From Bacteroidota bacterium (GTDB lineage Bacteria > Bacteroidota > Bacteroidia > Flavobacteriales_F > PHOS-HE28), in NCBI GenBank assembly GCA_023430325.1, contig JAEZAU010000123.1, positions 1-37,358 on the forward strand: a DNA stretch of 37,358 bases, read 5' to 3'. Below are positions 1 through 10,041 of this stretch, one piece after another; positions within the stretch are counted from its first letter, which is position 1; each line of letters begins with the position of its first letter. Under the pieces are notes generated by a model that was given only the letters and a program-made list of their open reading frames with translations, ran no database searches and was not told where the DNA came from. A program made the translations under genes and the position numbers.

Positions 1-2
1 TC

Positions 3-659
3 AGGAGGTTACCCAACGGTGAGTGGAGCATGCCGCTGAACCTTGGTCCCAACGTGAATACCAAGTATGATGAGGATGCGCCATTCATGCACAGTGATGG
101 GACCACGCTCTTCTTCAGTTCCAACGGCCACACCAGCATGGGCGGGTTCGATATCTTCAAAGTAGTGCTCACCGACAGCGACATGAACGGCTGGGGCAAA
201 CCCCAGAATCTCGGTTTCCCTTTGAACACGGTGAACGATGACATCTACTTCTCACTGAGCGATGATGGCACTACAGGATACTTCTCATCTGAAAGGCCGG
301 GCGGCATCGGACTGCAGGACATCTACCAGATCATTTTCCCGGGCAGCCAGTTGGACCATGTCTTTGTGCGTGGCGTGGTGGCGGATGCCGGCGATGAACC
401 GGTGAAGGCACGGATCATTCTCACCGATCCAGGAACGGAGGAGGTCATCGGCGTCTACAACACGAACGAGAACACCGGCCGATTCTTCATTCTGCTCTCG
501 CAGGACCAGCGTTGCCACATGACCGTTGAAGCCCCGGGATTTCTGGTACATGAAAGCGAGATGACCGGCAGACCGAACATTCCTGGATCCCGTGAGATGA
601 CCTTCGATGTGATGCTTACCGCTTCACCCGATCGCGATCGATTGACGCGGACGGAATGA
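3..659 (+). CDS. PD40/TolB-like beta-propeller repeat protein, C-terminal part (5' end lies outside the window)
   Basis: The frame of ORF 30..659 stays open back to nt 3 (RRLPNGEWS-MPLNLGPNVNT), so the listed ATG is probably internal. Repeated pattern NT..DE..PF...DG..L.FSS...S.GG.DI.. / N...DD...S...DG..GYFSS.R.GG.G..DIY is typical of PD40 repeats. The C-terminal stretch VRGVV.D.G.EPV.A.I.L.D looks like a CarboxypepD_reg-like fold. Stop is TGA at 657-659. Confidence 0.65.
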   Translation, partial: RRLPNGEWSMPLNLGPNVNTKYDEDAPFMHSDGTTLFFSSNGHTSMGGFDIFKVVLTDSDMNGWGKPQNLGFPLNTVNDDIYFSLSDDGTTGYFSSERPGGIGLQDIYQIIFPGSQLDHVFVRGVVADAGDEPVKARIILTDPGTEEVIGVYNTNENTGRFFILLSQDQRCHMTVEAPGFLVHESEMTGRPNIPGSREMTFDVMLTASPDRDRLTRTE

Positions 660-661
660 GA

Positions 662-1945
662 TCAGTTCTGGTAGACGCGGCCATTGCGCCAGCTTTCCAC
701 GTTCCGGTACCATGCGCCTTTGAGCATGGGATCGCGCTGCAGCACAAGATCATTATCGGTGAACGTGTTGTTGCGCTTGGTGAAGTTGAACGTGAGGCTC
801 ATCAGGTTGTTCTCTTCTCCATAGATCCAGGTCTCGTTCAGGTCGGTCTTGTAGATGGAAGTAGGCGTGCCGAAAATGATGTGTACCAGGCCGCGGTCGG
901 TACGCCAGCCTTCGGTACGTGAGGTAAAATGCCTGTTCGCATTCTCCACGCGTGAATAGAAGATGCGGATGGCCTCACGTGCACGTTCACGATCGCCAGC
1001 AGCATCGAGCCAGAACTTCTCGATCGCCTTGCGGACATCATCGGCCTTTGAGATGCGATCGAACTCCTGCATGGACGTTATGTACCGCAATGGTTTCAAC
1101 ATATCGGTTCCATCGCTGATGTACGGATAGGCCTCCGACAGCACGAAGATGGAATATCCGGCCGTGGAGGAGGTGTCATTGCGCAGGTGATAGACGCCAG
1201 GTTCGTTCAAAGTGAGCAATGCACGGCCATTCTCGTCGAAGGTCACCGAAAAACTGCTGTCGGCTTTGGTCTCCGATCTTGGATCATTCGTGGTGGTGAA
1301 CACCGGTGCCGGTAATGATACTTCGGATGAATGATGTGTGCCATGCAACGTGCCGCCAGCGAACGCGGTGTTGCGCAATTCCATGACCTTGCCGGTGGAT
1401 AGATGATCGGTGAAGTAGGGAATGTTCGTCGCTGGATCCACCGGAAGAAAATATTGCCTGGTACCGGACGGGTCGCGTTCAACGCGTAGAAAGACCGAAT
1501 TCTCACTATCGCGATTGAGGTCGCGGGCGGTCACTTTCACCACGAACGATCTGTTCTCATTACGCCGCATTTCCATGCTGCCCACCAATTCCATGTCCTC
1601 ATTGGTATCAACGCTCCGATCCTGTATCAGGGTGCTTGAACTGTCCAGCAACGTTCTTGCGGTCCAATCGGTGAAACTTTCATAGGTGATACGCACCGCC
1701 GCCTTGAAAGGCCCGCCGCTGCCATCGCTCTTGTACAGCAGGTCCTTGGTGTTGAGCTTATAATAGATGATGGAGTGATCGGGAGCCGTATTGTGAACAC
1801 GTGCCTGCAACTGGAGCAGGCTTCCCCCCTTACCGTATATGCTGACGAAATTGTTCTTGCGGCTGGTAGGTGTGCTGGTGGCACAGCCCAGCAGTATCAG
1901 CGTTAGAAGGAATGGATAATATCTTTTGAGAAGGACCATGGACAT
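662..1945 (-). CDS. GWxTD domain-containing lipoprotein
   Basis: ORF 662..1975. Contains the motif TEGWRTDRGLVHIIFGTP (GWxTD). The ATG at 1945 gives MSMVLLKRYYPFLLTLILLGC, a signal peptide with a lipobox Cys. The upstream part of the ORF is probably not translated. Confidence 0.75.
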   Translation of the reverse strand: MSMVLLKRYYPFLLTLILLGCATSTPTSRKNNFVSIYGKGGSLLQLQARVHNTAPDHSIIYYKLNTKDLLYKSDGSGGPFKAAVRITYESFTDWTARTLLDSSSTLIQDRSVDTNEDMELVGSMEMRRNENRSFVVKVTARDLNRDSENSVFLRVERDPSGTRQYFLPVDPATNIPYFTDHLSTGKVMELRNTAFAGGTLHGTHHSSEVSLPAPVFTTTNDPRSETKADSSFSVTFDENGRALLTLNEPGVYHLRNDTSSTAGYSIFVLSEAYPYISDGTDMLKPLRYITSMQEFDRISKADDVRKAIEKFWLDAAGDRERAREAIRIFYSRVENANRHFTSRTEGWRTDRGLVHIIFGTPTSIYKTDLNETWIYGEENNLMSLTFNFTKRNNTFTDNDLVLQRDPMLKGAWYRNVESWRNGRVYQN

Positions 1946-1999
1946 CAGGAGCCGAGGATCGTCCGCGACACCCACACGAAGATAAGCCTCTTCAGGCGC

Positions 2000-2629
2000 T
2001 CAATTGTCCAGGATCACGATCGGTGTGCCTTCGGGAACGCGATCGAAAAGTTCGATGATATCACGGTTGAGCATGCGGATGCAGCCGCGGGAAGCCGGTG
2101 TGCCGATGGCCGCTTCGTTGGTCGTTCCATGGATGTAGATGCCGCGCCGCAGGCTATCATGTGCTCCACCACGATTGTGCCCGGGTTCCAGTCCATCGAG
2201 CCGCATTACGCGTGTGGTGATGCGATCGGGATCGGAGTCGTTGGAAGTTATTGTTGCAGCGATCTCCCCGGTGAACCTGCGTTCGCGGAAAACGCCCATC
2301 AAGGGCACTCCAGCACCGATCTTTTCGGTGATGCGATGAAGGCCCGTGGGTGTGCGGAAACTTTCGCGCTCGCTGCCCAGGCCATTCCTGGCGGTGGAGA
2401 TCGGATATTCCCTCAGCAACCGCCCATCGCGCACGTGGAACATGGTCTGCCGGTGCACTGAAACATAGAGCAGATCGCCCCGGTGGAAAGGCGATCCATA
2501 ATGGACTTCGAGATACTCGAGAAGGAGTTCAATGATGCCCTGTTTGGGATGTACGGTACGCGCCGTGTCGGGCGTGGCACTTGCGATCGAAGCGGCCAGC
2601 AGACCGATGCTCAGGAGGAACGCGCGCAT
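2000..2629 (-). CDS. L,D-transpeptidase (YkuD-type catalytic domain)
   Basis: ORF 2000..2746. C-terminal GIYIHGTTNEAAIGTPASRGCIRM matches the YkuD H..G...S.GC[IV]R active-site pattern. The internal ATG at 2629 gives the signal peptide MRAFLLSIGLLAASIASA. Upstream of it lies the repeat element, so the longer ORF is unlikely. Confidence 0.8.
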   Translation of the reverse strand: MRAFLLSIGLLAASIASATPDTARTVHPKQGIIELLLEYLEVHYGSPFHRGDLLYVSVHRQTMFHVRDGRLLREYPISTARNGLGSERESFRTPTGLHRITEKIGAGVPLMGVFRERRFTGEIAATITSNDSDPDRITTRVMRLDGLEPGHNRGGAHDSLRRGIYIHGTTNEAAIGTPASRGCIRMLNRDIIELFDRVPEGTPIVILDN

Positions 2630-2664
2630 TGGTTCAAAGGATGCTCCTTTTACGCGAAGAAGAG

Positions 2665-2804
2665 CCATTAAGTTCTGAACAGCGTAGCGCGTAAGGAACA
2701 TGAGTGAAAAGCCCGGAAGCCTTCTTAGGCTCAGGACTTGCAACATTGGCCCGGCCCCTTTTCGTGCTGGCCCACGCCAGCGCGAAAAGGGGATACGCCC
2801 AAAA
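2665..2804 (+). repeat. Solo arm of the structured intergenic repeat family (copy C)
   Basis: Core 1 gtgaaaagcccggaag is at 2704-2719. A hairpin AGCCT-tctt-AGGCT is at 2718-2731. Core 2 caggacttgcaa is at 2732-2743, followed by ttggcccgg. A 16-bp hairpin pairs 2755-2770 with 2777-2792 (one G.U). The end motif acgcccaa is at 2795-2802. It aligns position by position with 29432-29545. The left boundary is uncertain. Confidence 0.7.
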
Positions 2805-2808
2805 AGAA

Positions 2809-4509
2809 CTAGAACAGACTGATGAACCCGAAATGCACTTTGCCAGCGCGCAATTCAATGGGGTTGTCGAACTGTCTGCCCTGGGCGTACGTGAGGCTGA
2901 ATAGGCCGGCCTTCGTCTCAAAGGTGACGCCTGTGCCGAAACCGATCGGCGTATCGTTGAGGAATTCATCCCGCGCCTGATCTTCCCAATAGGCCTGGTC
3001 CACGAAAACGAAGAAATTGGAATTTTCCTCGAAGACGAAACGATACTCGAACGTGCCGATGGCGTAGGCGGAAGCAGAGATGGATGCTTCATCGGCACCG
3101 CGCAGGGTGCGAAGGCCGCCGATCCGGTACAACTCATTGCTGTACAGATCATCGTTCACCATCCAACCGCCTTGTCCGGAGATCCTGATGGTACTTCGGC
3201 GTGCGATCGGGATGTGTGCGATGGCCATCCCGTTTATCTCATATTGTACGGTACTGATGTCCGGCGGACGTTCCAACTGCGTGAAGACGGCGGTGCTCGT
3301 TCTTTTTTTACCGGCCGATCCTTCAAGCTGGAGGGAATGACCGCTGCGTGGATTGAACCGATAATCGAACCGCTCCCGCTGAATACCCATGCCGTAGGAG
3401 ATGAGACTCACATCGGCCAGGCCCGGCTGCGCGAAAGTGTTGGAGCCTAGCCGATCGCTGGTCTTGCTGTTGACGAAGAGGCTGAGCTTGTCGCCTTGTG
3501 AGAGCAGATATTCCAAGGCGCCGCGGGCATTCACTTCAAGGAACGTGGTGTCTCGTTTGAAGAGTTTCAGGCTGAGATCCGAGCCGAAGGGTGTGCCGAA
3601 GAGGAAAGGAAGATTGAAACGGATCCGAAGATCCTGGGTCTGGTCCTGCAAGCGCCGCCAGTTGAGTTCGATCGCTTCGCCACGGCGCAGGGCATTGCGC
3701 AAGCGCAGGTCCAGATCGCCGGTGAGGGTGACCTTGTTGGTGACGGCGTCGGGTTGAAGACCGAGAATGCCATTGATGGAACTCGCTTTCTTGGCATCGA
3801 GAAATAGGTAAAGCTTGGTCTGGTCCGGTGAAAAGTGCACATACGGCCGCTGGCGTTGTACCACGAAAGGCAGTTCGCGCACCCTACGTTCCACACGCTG
3901 GATCAGAGCTTCATTGTAGACATCGCCAGGGCGGAGGGCTATATAGGAGTAGAGGTAGCGCATATTGGTGCGCGCCGATCCGCGCACCACCACGGAATCA
4001 AGGCGCACGAGAGGCCCGCGCTCCAAATGCAGATCGGCGTGAAGGCCATCATCTTCATGCCTGATATTATCAAGCCATACTTTGGCGAACGGGTAGCCAT
4101 TGTTCTCGCTCTGCGCAAGAAGATCATTATACAGACGGGCGATCTGGCGCGGTGTAACGGGCCTTCCGGTGAAGAGTTTTTCCCGGAAACGTGCAGCGCT
4201 GGCGATCTCTGTGGGGATCGCACTTCCATCGATCCGGGCCCATCGGTACCTATTTCCTGCATGGATATGACAGACCGATGTGTTCTCCGCGGATCGGCAA
4301 CTATCGATCGATGCTTCCAGATAGCCTTGTTGATAGAGGTAGGCGATCTGTTCGGACAAGGCTCCTTCCAGCAGATCCTTTGAAGGAAGATCCAGCGATC
4401 GGATCCATTTGGCAGGCAGCTCGCCATCCTGGGTGAATTCCACACGATGCCTTTGCGCTGGGACGAGCGTCACGTACGGAATGCAGATCAGGAGCAGCAG
4501 ATATTTCAT
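2809..4509 (-). CDS. Omp85/BamA-family outer-membrane protein (surface antigen D15-type beta-barrel)
   Basis: ORF 2809..4689. The ATG at 4509 gives the signal peptide [25 protein letters not shown]-like N-terminal region is followed by a barrel rich in alternating aromatic residues, ending ...[11 protein letters not shown] (terminal Phe, typical of outer-membrane barrels). Its ATG overlaps the ung stop as ATGA (4506-4509). Confidence 0.7.
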   Translation of the reverse strand: MKYLLLLICIPYVTLVPAQRHRVEFTQDGELPAKWIRSLDLPSKDLLEGALSEQIAYLYQQGYLEASIDSCRSAENTSVCHIHAGNRYRWARIDGSAIPTEIASAARFREKLFTGRPVTPRQIARLYNDLLAQSENNGYPFAKVWLDNIRHEDDGLHADLHLERGPLVRLDSVVVRGSARTNMRYLYSYIALRPGDVYNEALIQRVERRVRELPFVVQRQRPYVHFSPDQTKLYLFLDAKKASSINGILGLQPDAVTNKVTLTGDLDLRLRNALRRGEAIELNWRRLQDQTQDLRIRFNLPFLFGTPFGSDLSLKLFKRDTTFLEVNARGALEYLLSQGDKLSLFVNSKTSDRLGSNTFAQPGLADVSLISYGMGIQRERFDYRFNPRSGHSLQLEGSAGKKRTSTAVFTQLERPPDISTVQYEINGMAIAHIPIARRSTIRISGQGGWMVNDDLYSNELYRIGGLRTLRGADEASISASAYAIGTFEYRFVFEENSNFFVFVDQAYWEDQARDEFLNDTPIGFGTGVTFETKAGLFSLTYAQGRQFDNPIELRAGKVHFGFISLF

Positions 4510-5204
4510 AGTGCCGCCCAATCGATCGGAGAGTGCCCGTGTTCCACCAACAGCTCGTTCGTTCTTGAAAAATGGCCGCAACCGATGAACCCTTTGTGAG
4601 CGCTCAATGGCGAAGGATGCGGTGCGGTGAGAATGAAATGCCGCTCTGGGTCTATCAGATCGAGCTTCGCCTGAGCATGAGCACCCCATAACAGGAAGAC
4701 GATCCCCGGCCGGCCGTGGCTGCTCAGTGCAGTTATTACGGCATCAGTGAACCGTTCCCAACCGAACTTCTGGTGTGAACCGGCCTTGCCCTGGCGAACG
4801 GTAAGACATGTGTTCAACAAGAGAACGCCCTGTTCTGCCCAGCCGGTAAGATCCCCGAAAAGTGGCACTTCCGATCCAAGGTCCCGCTTCAATTCCTTGA
4901 AGATATTGCGAAGTGAAGGAGGGAAAGGCTGACCTGCCGGAACGGAGAAGGCCAGGCCGTGCGCCTGGCCGGGTCCATGGTAGGGGTCCTGGCCCAGGAT
5001 GACCACGCGGGTGCGATGGAATGGAGTGAGGTGGAATGCGCGAAAAATATCCTCTTTCCCTGGGTACACCGTTCCGCGCTGCCGTTCATTCTCGATGGGG
5101 GTCAGTATTTCGCTCAATTGGCTAATATCCAGATGGTTGACCAACTGTTCGGCCCACTCCTGGCCAATGATCGGACCGAGCTTTGCGTTAGTGATCTGCA
5201 ACAT
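4506..5204 (-). CDS. ung: Uracil-DNA glycosylase (family 1)
   Basis: Motifs [22 protein letters not shown] (water-activating GQDPYH loop), LLLNTCLTV and HPSPLSA (leucine-loop region). Length 232 aa. ATG at 5202-5204. Confidence 0.93.
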   Translation of the reverse strand: MLQITNAKLGPIIGQEWAEQLVNHLDISQLSEILTPIENERQRGTVYPGKEDIFRAFHLTPFHRTRVVILGQDPYHGPGQAHGLAFSVPAGQPFPPSLRNIFKELKRDLGSEVPLFGDLTGWAEQGVLLLNTCLTVRQGKAGSHQKFGWERFTDAVITALSSHGRPGIVFLLWGAHAQAKLDLIDPERHFILTAPHPSPLSAHKGFIGCGHFSRTNELLVEHGHSPIDWAAL

Positions 5205-5275
5205 GACCCTTTGAAGGACGCTTGGTCTGACCGCTCGATGTTGAAACTTTTTTGATCACCATCCGTAGAGACGAT

Positions 5276-5283
5276 TAATTTTG
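5276..5283 (+). promoter_or_regulatory. Bacteroidota -7 type promoter-like motif TAATTTTG
   Basis: Exact match to TAnnTTTG, 50 nt upstream of the ATG at 5333. A TTTG (within ttttttgatc, about 5247-5253) lies about 23 nt upstream and could serve as the -33 element. Confidence 0.45.
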
Positions 5284-5332
5284 GCGGAACCCCATCAAGG
5301 CATCCAAAGAAGGGCTCACAAACGAACGAACG

Positions 5333-5461
5333 ATGAAAAAGGCGCTGATCGTACTGGCAACGGTGGTTTTTTCGAGTGTGATGATGACCTCATGCAGCTC
5401 GACCCACTCTTGTCCGGCATACGGCAAGGTGCATAAGGTGCAGCCCGAAAAGCAGGTCTGA
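5333..5461 (+). CDS. Small putative lipoprotein (42 aa), below the ORF-track cutoff
   Basis: Hand translation gives MKKALIVLATVVFSSVMMTSCSSTHSCPAYGKVHKVQPEKQV*. It has a classic signal peptide and a lipobox-like MMTSC, is preceded by a TAnnTTTG motif and is followed by a hairpin. It competes with the featureless antisense ORF 5316..5543. Confidence 0.5.
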   Translation: MKKALIVLATVVFSSVMMTSCSSTHSCPAYGKVHKVQPEKQV

Positions 5462-5488
5462 CCCAGCCCCTTACCTTTCCCTTCTTGA

Positions 5489-5521
5489 AGCCAACAGGCC
5501 CGGTCACAGCCGGGCTTGGCT
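5489..5521. terminator. Hairpin between convergent small ORF and OsmC-like gene (possible bidirectional terminator)
   Basis: AGCCAA-cag-GCCCGG tcacag CCGGGC-TTGGCT forms 12 bp with a 3-nt bulge. No clear U-tract on either side, so terminator function is uncertain. Confidence 0.35.
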
Positions 5522-5535
5522 GTTCAAGACAGTGC

Positions 5536-5943
5536 CTATCCATATGTGATCGTTATTTGCTGCAATAGATCAGGGTGCAAGCTCAGTGCAACGGGACAAT
5601 CATGGGCCGTGCGTTCGATCAAGGCCTTTTGCGCTGCATCCAGGGCGTCGTCCTTTACCCATAATTGGATCTCCACCTGGCTGACCCGGCGGGGATCGGA
5701 AGCCATATGCTTCACCACACCGGCTCTCATGGCCGGAACCCTGTAACCCTTTGCCTCGAACCGTATGGCAATGGTGGTGATGATACATGTGGCCAGTGCA
5801 GTGGCCAGCAGATCGGTGGGCGAAAAGGCCGAGCCTTTCCCTTTATTGTCCACTGGTGCATCGGTGATGATGACCTGGCCACTGCGTGGATGCAGGGCTT
5901 CAGTGCGCAGTTCGTTCTGGTAGGTGACTCTGGCGGTATCCAT
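5536..5943 (-). CDS. OsmC/Ohr-family protein
   Basis: ORF 5536..5961. The segment GSAFSPTDLLATALATCIITTIAIRFEAKG and the C-terminal ..RTAHDCPVALSL carry the two conserved Cys contexts of OsmC-like proteins. ATG at 5943 (MDTARV) is preferred; the start at 5961 remains possible. Confidence 0.75.
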   Translation of the reverse strand: MDTARVTYQNELRTEALHPRSGQVIITDAPVDNKGKGSAFSPTDLLATALATCIITTIAIRFEAKGYRVPAMRAGVVKHMASDPRRVSQVEIQLWVKDDALDAAQKALIERTAHDCPVALSLHPDLLQQITITYG

Positions 5944-5987
5944 AGGCCCGAAAAGTACCAATTACCCACATCTGCCGTTGCACCTAT

Positions 5988-5995
5988 TAGCTTTG
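5988..5995 (+). promoter_or_regulatory. Bacteroidota -7 type promoter-like motif TAGCTTTG
   Basis: Exact TAnnTTTG match, 14 nt upstream of the ATG at 6009. A TTG at 5978-5980 is a weak -33 candidate. Confidence 0.4.
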
Positions 5996-6008
5996 CATAC
6001 GAAGCGGC

Positions 6009-6761
6009 ATGCGCCTAACATTATTCACGATCGGTCTTCTCCTGCTTGCTTTCCAAGGTGTTGGGCAGCAGACCATCTATGATGAAGCCCGTGTGCTCTA
6101 CCGGAAGGAACTTCTTGGCGGTGCAACGATACATGGTGATGGTTGGGGCGTCAATTTCTTTCACGGGAAACACCGCAATGCAAAAGATCGCCGAATGCTG
6201 GGCGTGGAGATCGTGAGCATGAAGCATCCCAAGGAGATCAAGAGCTTCAATCCCTATTACGAGGATTCACGCGGATACTTCTTCGGCAAGCAGAATTCGT
6301 TCATCATAGTGCGCCCTACTTACGGCCGCAAACACCAGATCACGGACAAGATCCGCCGCAGTGGCGTGGAGGTGAATTATGTATGGGGGATCGGTCCATC
6401 TTTGGGGCTATTGAAACCCGTTTATCTGCAGATCGGCAAACCCGATCAGTTCCCTTATGAATCCATCGCGATAGAGCGGTATGATTTCACCCAGCACAAC
6501 GTTCACAATATCTACGGCCGGGCCACCTGGTTCCGCGGGGTAGGGGAAATGAATTTCGTGGCGGGCGTTTTCGGCAAGTTCGGGTTCAACTTCGAACATA
6601 GCGGCCAGGCCGCGGGCATCAAGGCGATCGAAGTCGGGGCTACAGTAGATGCTTATCCTGAGCCGGTGCCCATCATGGCCCAGATGGAAGGGGTGAAGAA
6701 CAAAGCGCTCTTTTTCGGATTCTACATCTCGGTGCAATTTGGGAAGAAGTTCATTTCATGA
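6009..6761 (+). CDS. Secreted hypothetical protein
   Basis: Signal peptide [21 protein letters not shown]. Aromatic- and Gly-rich, possibly a beta-barrel-like composition. No catalytic motif recognised. Its stop overlaps the lipA start as ATGA (6758-6761). Confidence 0.6.
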   Translation: MRLTLFTIGLLLLAFQGVGQQTIYDEARVLYRKELLGGATIHGDGWGVNFFHGKHRNAKDRRMLGVEIVSMKHPKEIKSFNPYYEDSRGYFFGKQNSFIIVRPTYGRKHQITDKIRRSGVEVNYVWGIGPSLGLLKPVYLQIGKPDQFPYESIAIERYDFTQHNVHNIYGRATWFRGVGEMNFVAGVFGKFGFNFEHSGQAAGIKAIEVGATVDAYPEPVPIMAQMEGVKNKALFFGFYISVQFGKKFIS

Positions 6762-7630
6762 GTGATAACACCACTGTACTGGAGCAGGAGCGTACGCGCA
6801 AACCTGACTGGCTCCGTGTGAAACTGCCCACGGGCGAGAATTACAGGAAAGTGCGCGAGATCGTGAGTGAGCACAAGCTCCATACGATCTGCCAGAGCGG
6901 CAACTGCCCGAACATGGGTGAATGCTGGGGCGCTGGAACAGCCACGTTCATGATACTCGGCAACATATGTACCCGCAGTTGCGGTTTCTGTTCGGTGGCC
7001 ACTGGAAGACCAGAAGCCGTGGATCCGTTCGAGCCGGCGCGTGTGGCGCGCAGCGTTGAATTGATGGGCGTGAAACATTGCGTGATAACCAGTGTGGATC
7101 GTGATGATCTGAAGGACGGTGGAAGCGACATCTGGGCGCGCACCATCCGTGCGATACGCAGGCGTACACCGAAGACCACCATGGAAACGCTTATCCCCGA
7201 TTTTCAGGGGAAGTGGGAGAATTTGGAAGTGGTGCTCGAAGCCGCTCCCGACATCCTCTCGCATAATCTGGAGACTGTTCGCCGCCTTACGAAACAAGTA
7301 CGCGTTCAGGCTAAGTACGATCGCAGCCTGGAAGTTTTGATGCGCAGCAAACGTGCAGGTCTGCGAACGAAGAGCGGGATCATGCTCGGCCTTGGCGAGA
7401 CCGATCAGGAAGTGGAAGAAAGTATGGACGATCTGCGCAGCGTTGGCGTGGATATTCTTACTCTGGGCCAATACCTGCAACCTACGAAAGCACATCTACC
7501 CGTGGCCGAATTCATTCATCCGGAGCGTTTCGCGCGGTTGAAGATCATTGGCATGGAAAAAGGTTTCCGGTACGTGGAGAGCGGACCGCTGGTGCGCAGC
7601 AGCTACCATGCGGAGAAGCATTTGTTCTAA
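6758..7630 (+). CDS. lipA: Lipoyl synthase (radical SAM)
   Basis: N-terminal cluster [13 protein letters not shown] and radical-SAM motif CTRSCGFC. Length 290 aa. C-terminal [10 protein letters not shown] is typical of LipA. Confidence 0.93.
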   Translation: MSDNTTVLEQERTRKPDWLRVKLPTGENYRKVREIVSEHKLHTICQSGNCPNMGECWGAGTATFMILGNICTRSCGFCSVATGRPEAVDPFEPARVARSVELMGVKHCVITSVDRDDLKDGGSDIWARTIRAIRRRTPKTTMETLIPDFQGKWENLEVVLEAAPDILSHNLETVRRLTKQVRVQAKYDRSLEVLMRSKRAGLRTKSGIMLGLGETDQEVEESMDDLRSVGVDILTLGQYLQPTKAHLPVAEFIHPERFARLKIIGMEKGFRYVESGPLVRSSYHAEKHLF

Positions 7631-7649
7631 GGAACATTACTTTTATGGA

Positions 7650-8855
7650 ATGCGAAGCTTAGTATTAATCCTCTCATTATTAATTATTGAAGCCTCAATC
7701 TCCGCTCAATGGGTCTATTGGCCTACAATAGGTGGGCAGGTAGGAAGTTCGAACGTGGATATGGCCAGGATCGATGACCATATCTTCATTGCAGGGAATG
7801 TAAGTATTATCCGATCTGTGGGTGGTACGCAAACATTCGAACCTATTCCAAATGGTTGGACAGGATGGATCAATTCTTTTACAGCCGATGGGTCGAACTT
7901 ACTGATCGGAACATCTACAGGTATTTATATCTCACAAGACTTGGGAGAGACTTGGATCCAAGTGTTCAATTACACTGGATCCTTGAAGATCCATCGGTTC
8001 AAAAGACTCGGCGACCAATTGTACGCAATGGTCATCGATCCCGTGTGGAATGGAACAGATGGAGGGGTCTTGAGGAGTTCCGACAATGGGTTCTCATGGG
8101 AACAGCTAGGTGTCACCTACGGTGTGGAGGACATGGTCCTTCAGAATAATGTCCTTGTTCTTGCATCACAGTATGGCGTCGCCAGATCGCTCAATAATGG
8201 AGAGACTTGGCAGTTTACGACCGACATTGCGTGCTATGCTATGTATGTAAATGATACCATGATCATGATCGGGCAGAACGGTGATCCCACTATAAGGTAC
8301 TCCATGGATCAAGGTTCCACGTGGATGGACGGAGTCACACTCGGCTATTTACCTAGAGGGATAAATTTCTTGGAACATAATGGAGCCATATACTGTCGGT
8401 TTGGCGATTTTGTTCACCGTTCTTCGGATGGAATTACATGGAATCTATTCCATGATGGCTTGCCTTATGAAATCTGGGGGCCTTCAAGTGCGTTCAATGT
8501 TCTTGTGATCCGGTTTTTTAGGGACGAAGAAGATCTTTATGGCATCGGTACTAATGGGCAACAAATCTATCGTTTGGAAAGCGGAACCGGCATTATGGCC
8601 GATTACGAAATGAATTATGACTTCTACATTAATACTGTAACTGGTCGCATTATGTGCAGGGAAGGAATCTGGCCATTGGTCCGACGAGTAGAGATCTTTA
8701 ATGAAATAGGACAAGAACTTGCCATTTTCCAGAATGTCGATCTACGAACTATCGACCTTTCGAAATTCTCCAATAAGCTCATTCATATCCGGTTGGATAT
8801 CAATGGCCAACTCCAGGTCATCAATGGCTGGGTAGGCGATCTTGATCACAGGTGA
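7650..8855 (+). CDS. Secreted BNR/Asp-box repeat protein with possible T9SS C-terminal sorting domain
   Basis: ORF 7548..8855 overlaps lipA, so the ATG at 7650 is preferred (MRSLVLILSLLIIEASISAQ signal peptide). Five S-x-D-x-G-x-T/S-W-like boxes: SQDLGETW, SSDNGFSW, SLNNGETW, SMDQGSTW, SSDGITW. The tail VEIFNEIGQELAIFQNVDLRTIDLSKFSNKLIHIRLDINGQ resembles a T9SS CTD. AT-rich relative to its neighbours. Confidence 0.7.
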   Translation: MRSLVLILSLLIIEASISAQWVYWPTIGGQVGSSNVDMARIDDHIFIAGNVSIIRSVGGTQTFEPIPNGWTGWINSFTADGSNLLIGTSTGIYISQDLGETWIQVFNYTGSLKIHRFKRLGDQLYAMVIDPVWNGTDGGVLRSSDNGFSWEQLGVTYGVEDMVLQNNVLVLASQYGVARSLNNGETWQFTTDIACYAMYVNDTMIMIGQNGDPTIRYSMDQGSTWMDGVTLGYLPRGINFLEHNGAIYCRFGDFVHRSSDGITWNLFHDGLPYEIWGPSSAFNVLVIRFFRDEEDLYGIGTNGQQIYRLESGTGIMADYEMNYDFYINTVTGRIMCREGIWPLVRRVEIFNEIGQELAIFQNVDLRTIDLSKFSNKLIHIRLDINGQLQVINGWVGDLDHR

Positions 8856-8863
8856 CCAGGTAA

Positions 8864-10011
<1,148 letters not shown>

Positions 10012-10024
10012 TGTCGGAGAATGG

Positions 10025-10041
10025 ATCAGGAATTAGGAATT
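10025..10041 (-). repeat. Inverted copy of two heptamer units (hairpin partner of the array)
   Basis: atcaggaattaggaatt at 10025-10041 is the perfect reverse complement of 9967-9983 (aattcctaattcctgat). This gives a 17-bp stem with a 41-nt loop. It contains the lpxH stop codon (TAA, 10033-10035 on the minus strand). Confidence 0.85.

Noticed and set aside
2700-2822. ATG-initiated short ORFs inside repeat arms C (2700..2822, 40 aa, MSEKPGSLLRLRTCNIGP...) and B2 (29445..29537, 30 aa, MSGKPASEALRVRTWSVGP...). They look similar, and the length difference in the first hairpin is 3 nt.
   Set aside because: The other three arms (A1, A2, B1) lack the ATG and have indels that are not multiples of 3. 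The differences between C and B2 are concentrated in paired stem positions rather than third codon positions. The peptides are Arg-rich with no hydrophobic core. A nucleic-acid-level element explains the data better.
5316-5543. 75-aa minus-strand ORF in the ung/OsmC spacer.
   Set aside because: It has no signal or motif and is Pro/Ser/Arg-rich. It overlaps the 3' end of the OsmC-like gene and the hairpin. The plus-strand 42-aa lipoprotein ORF with a promoter-like motif is a better explanation of the region.
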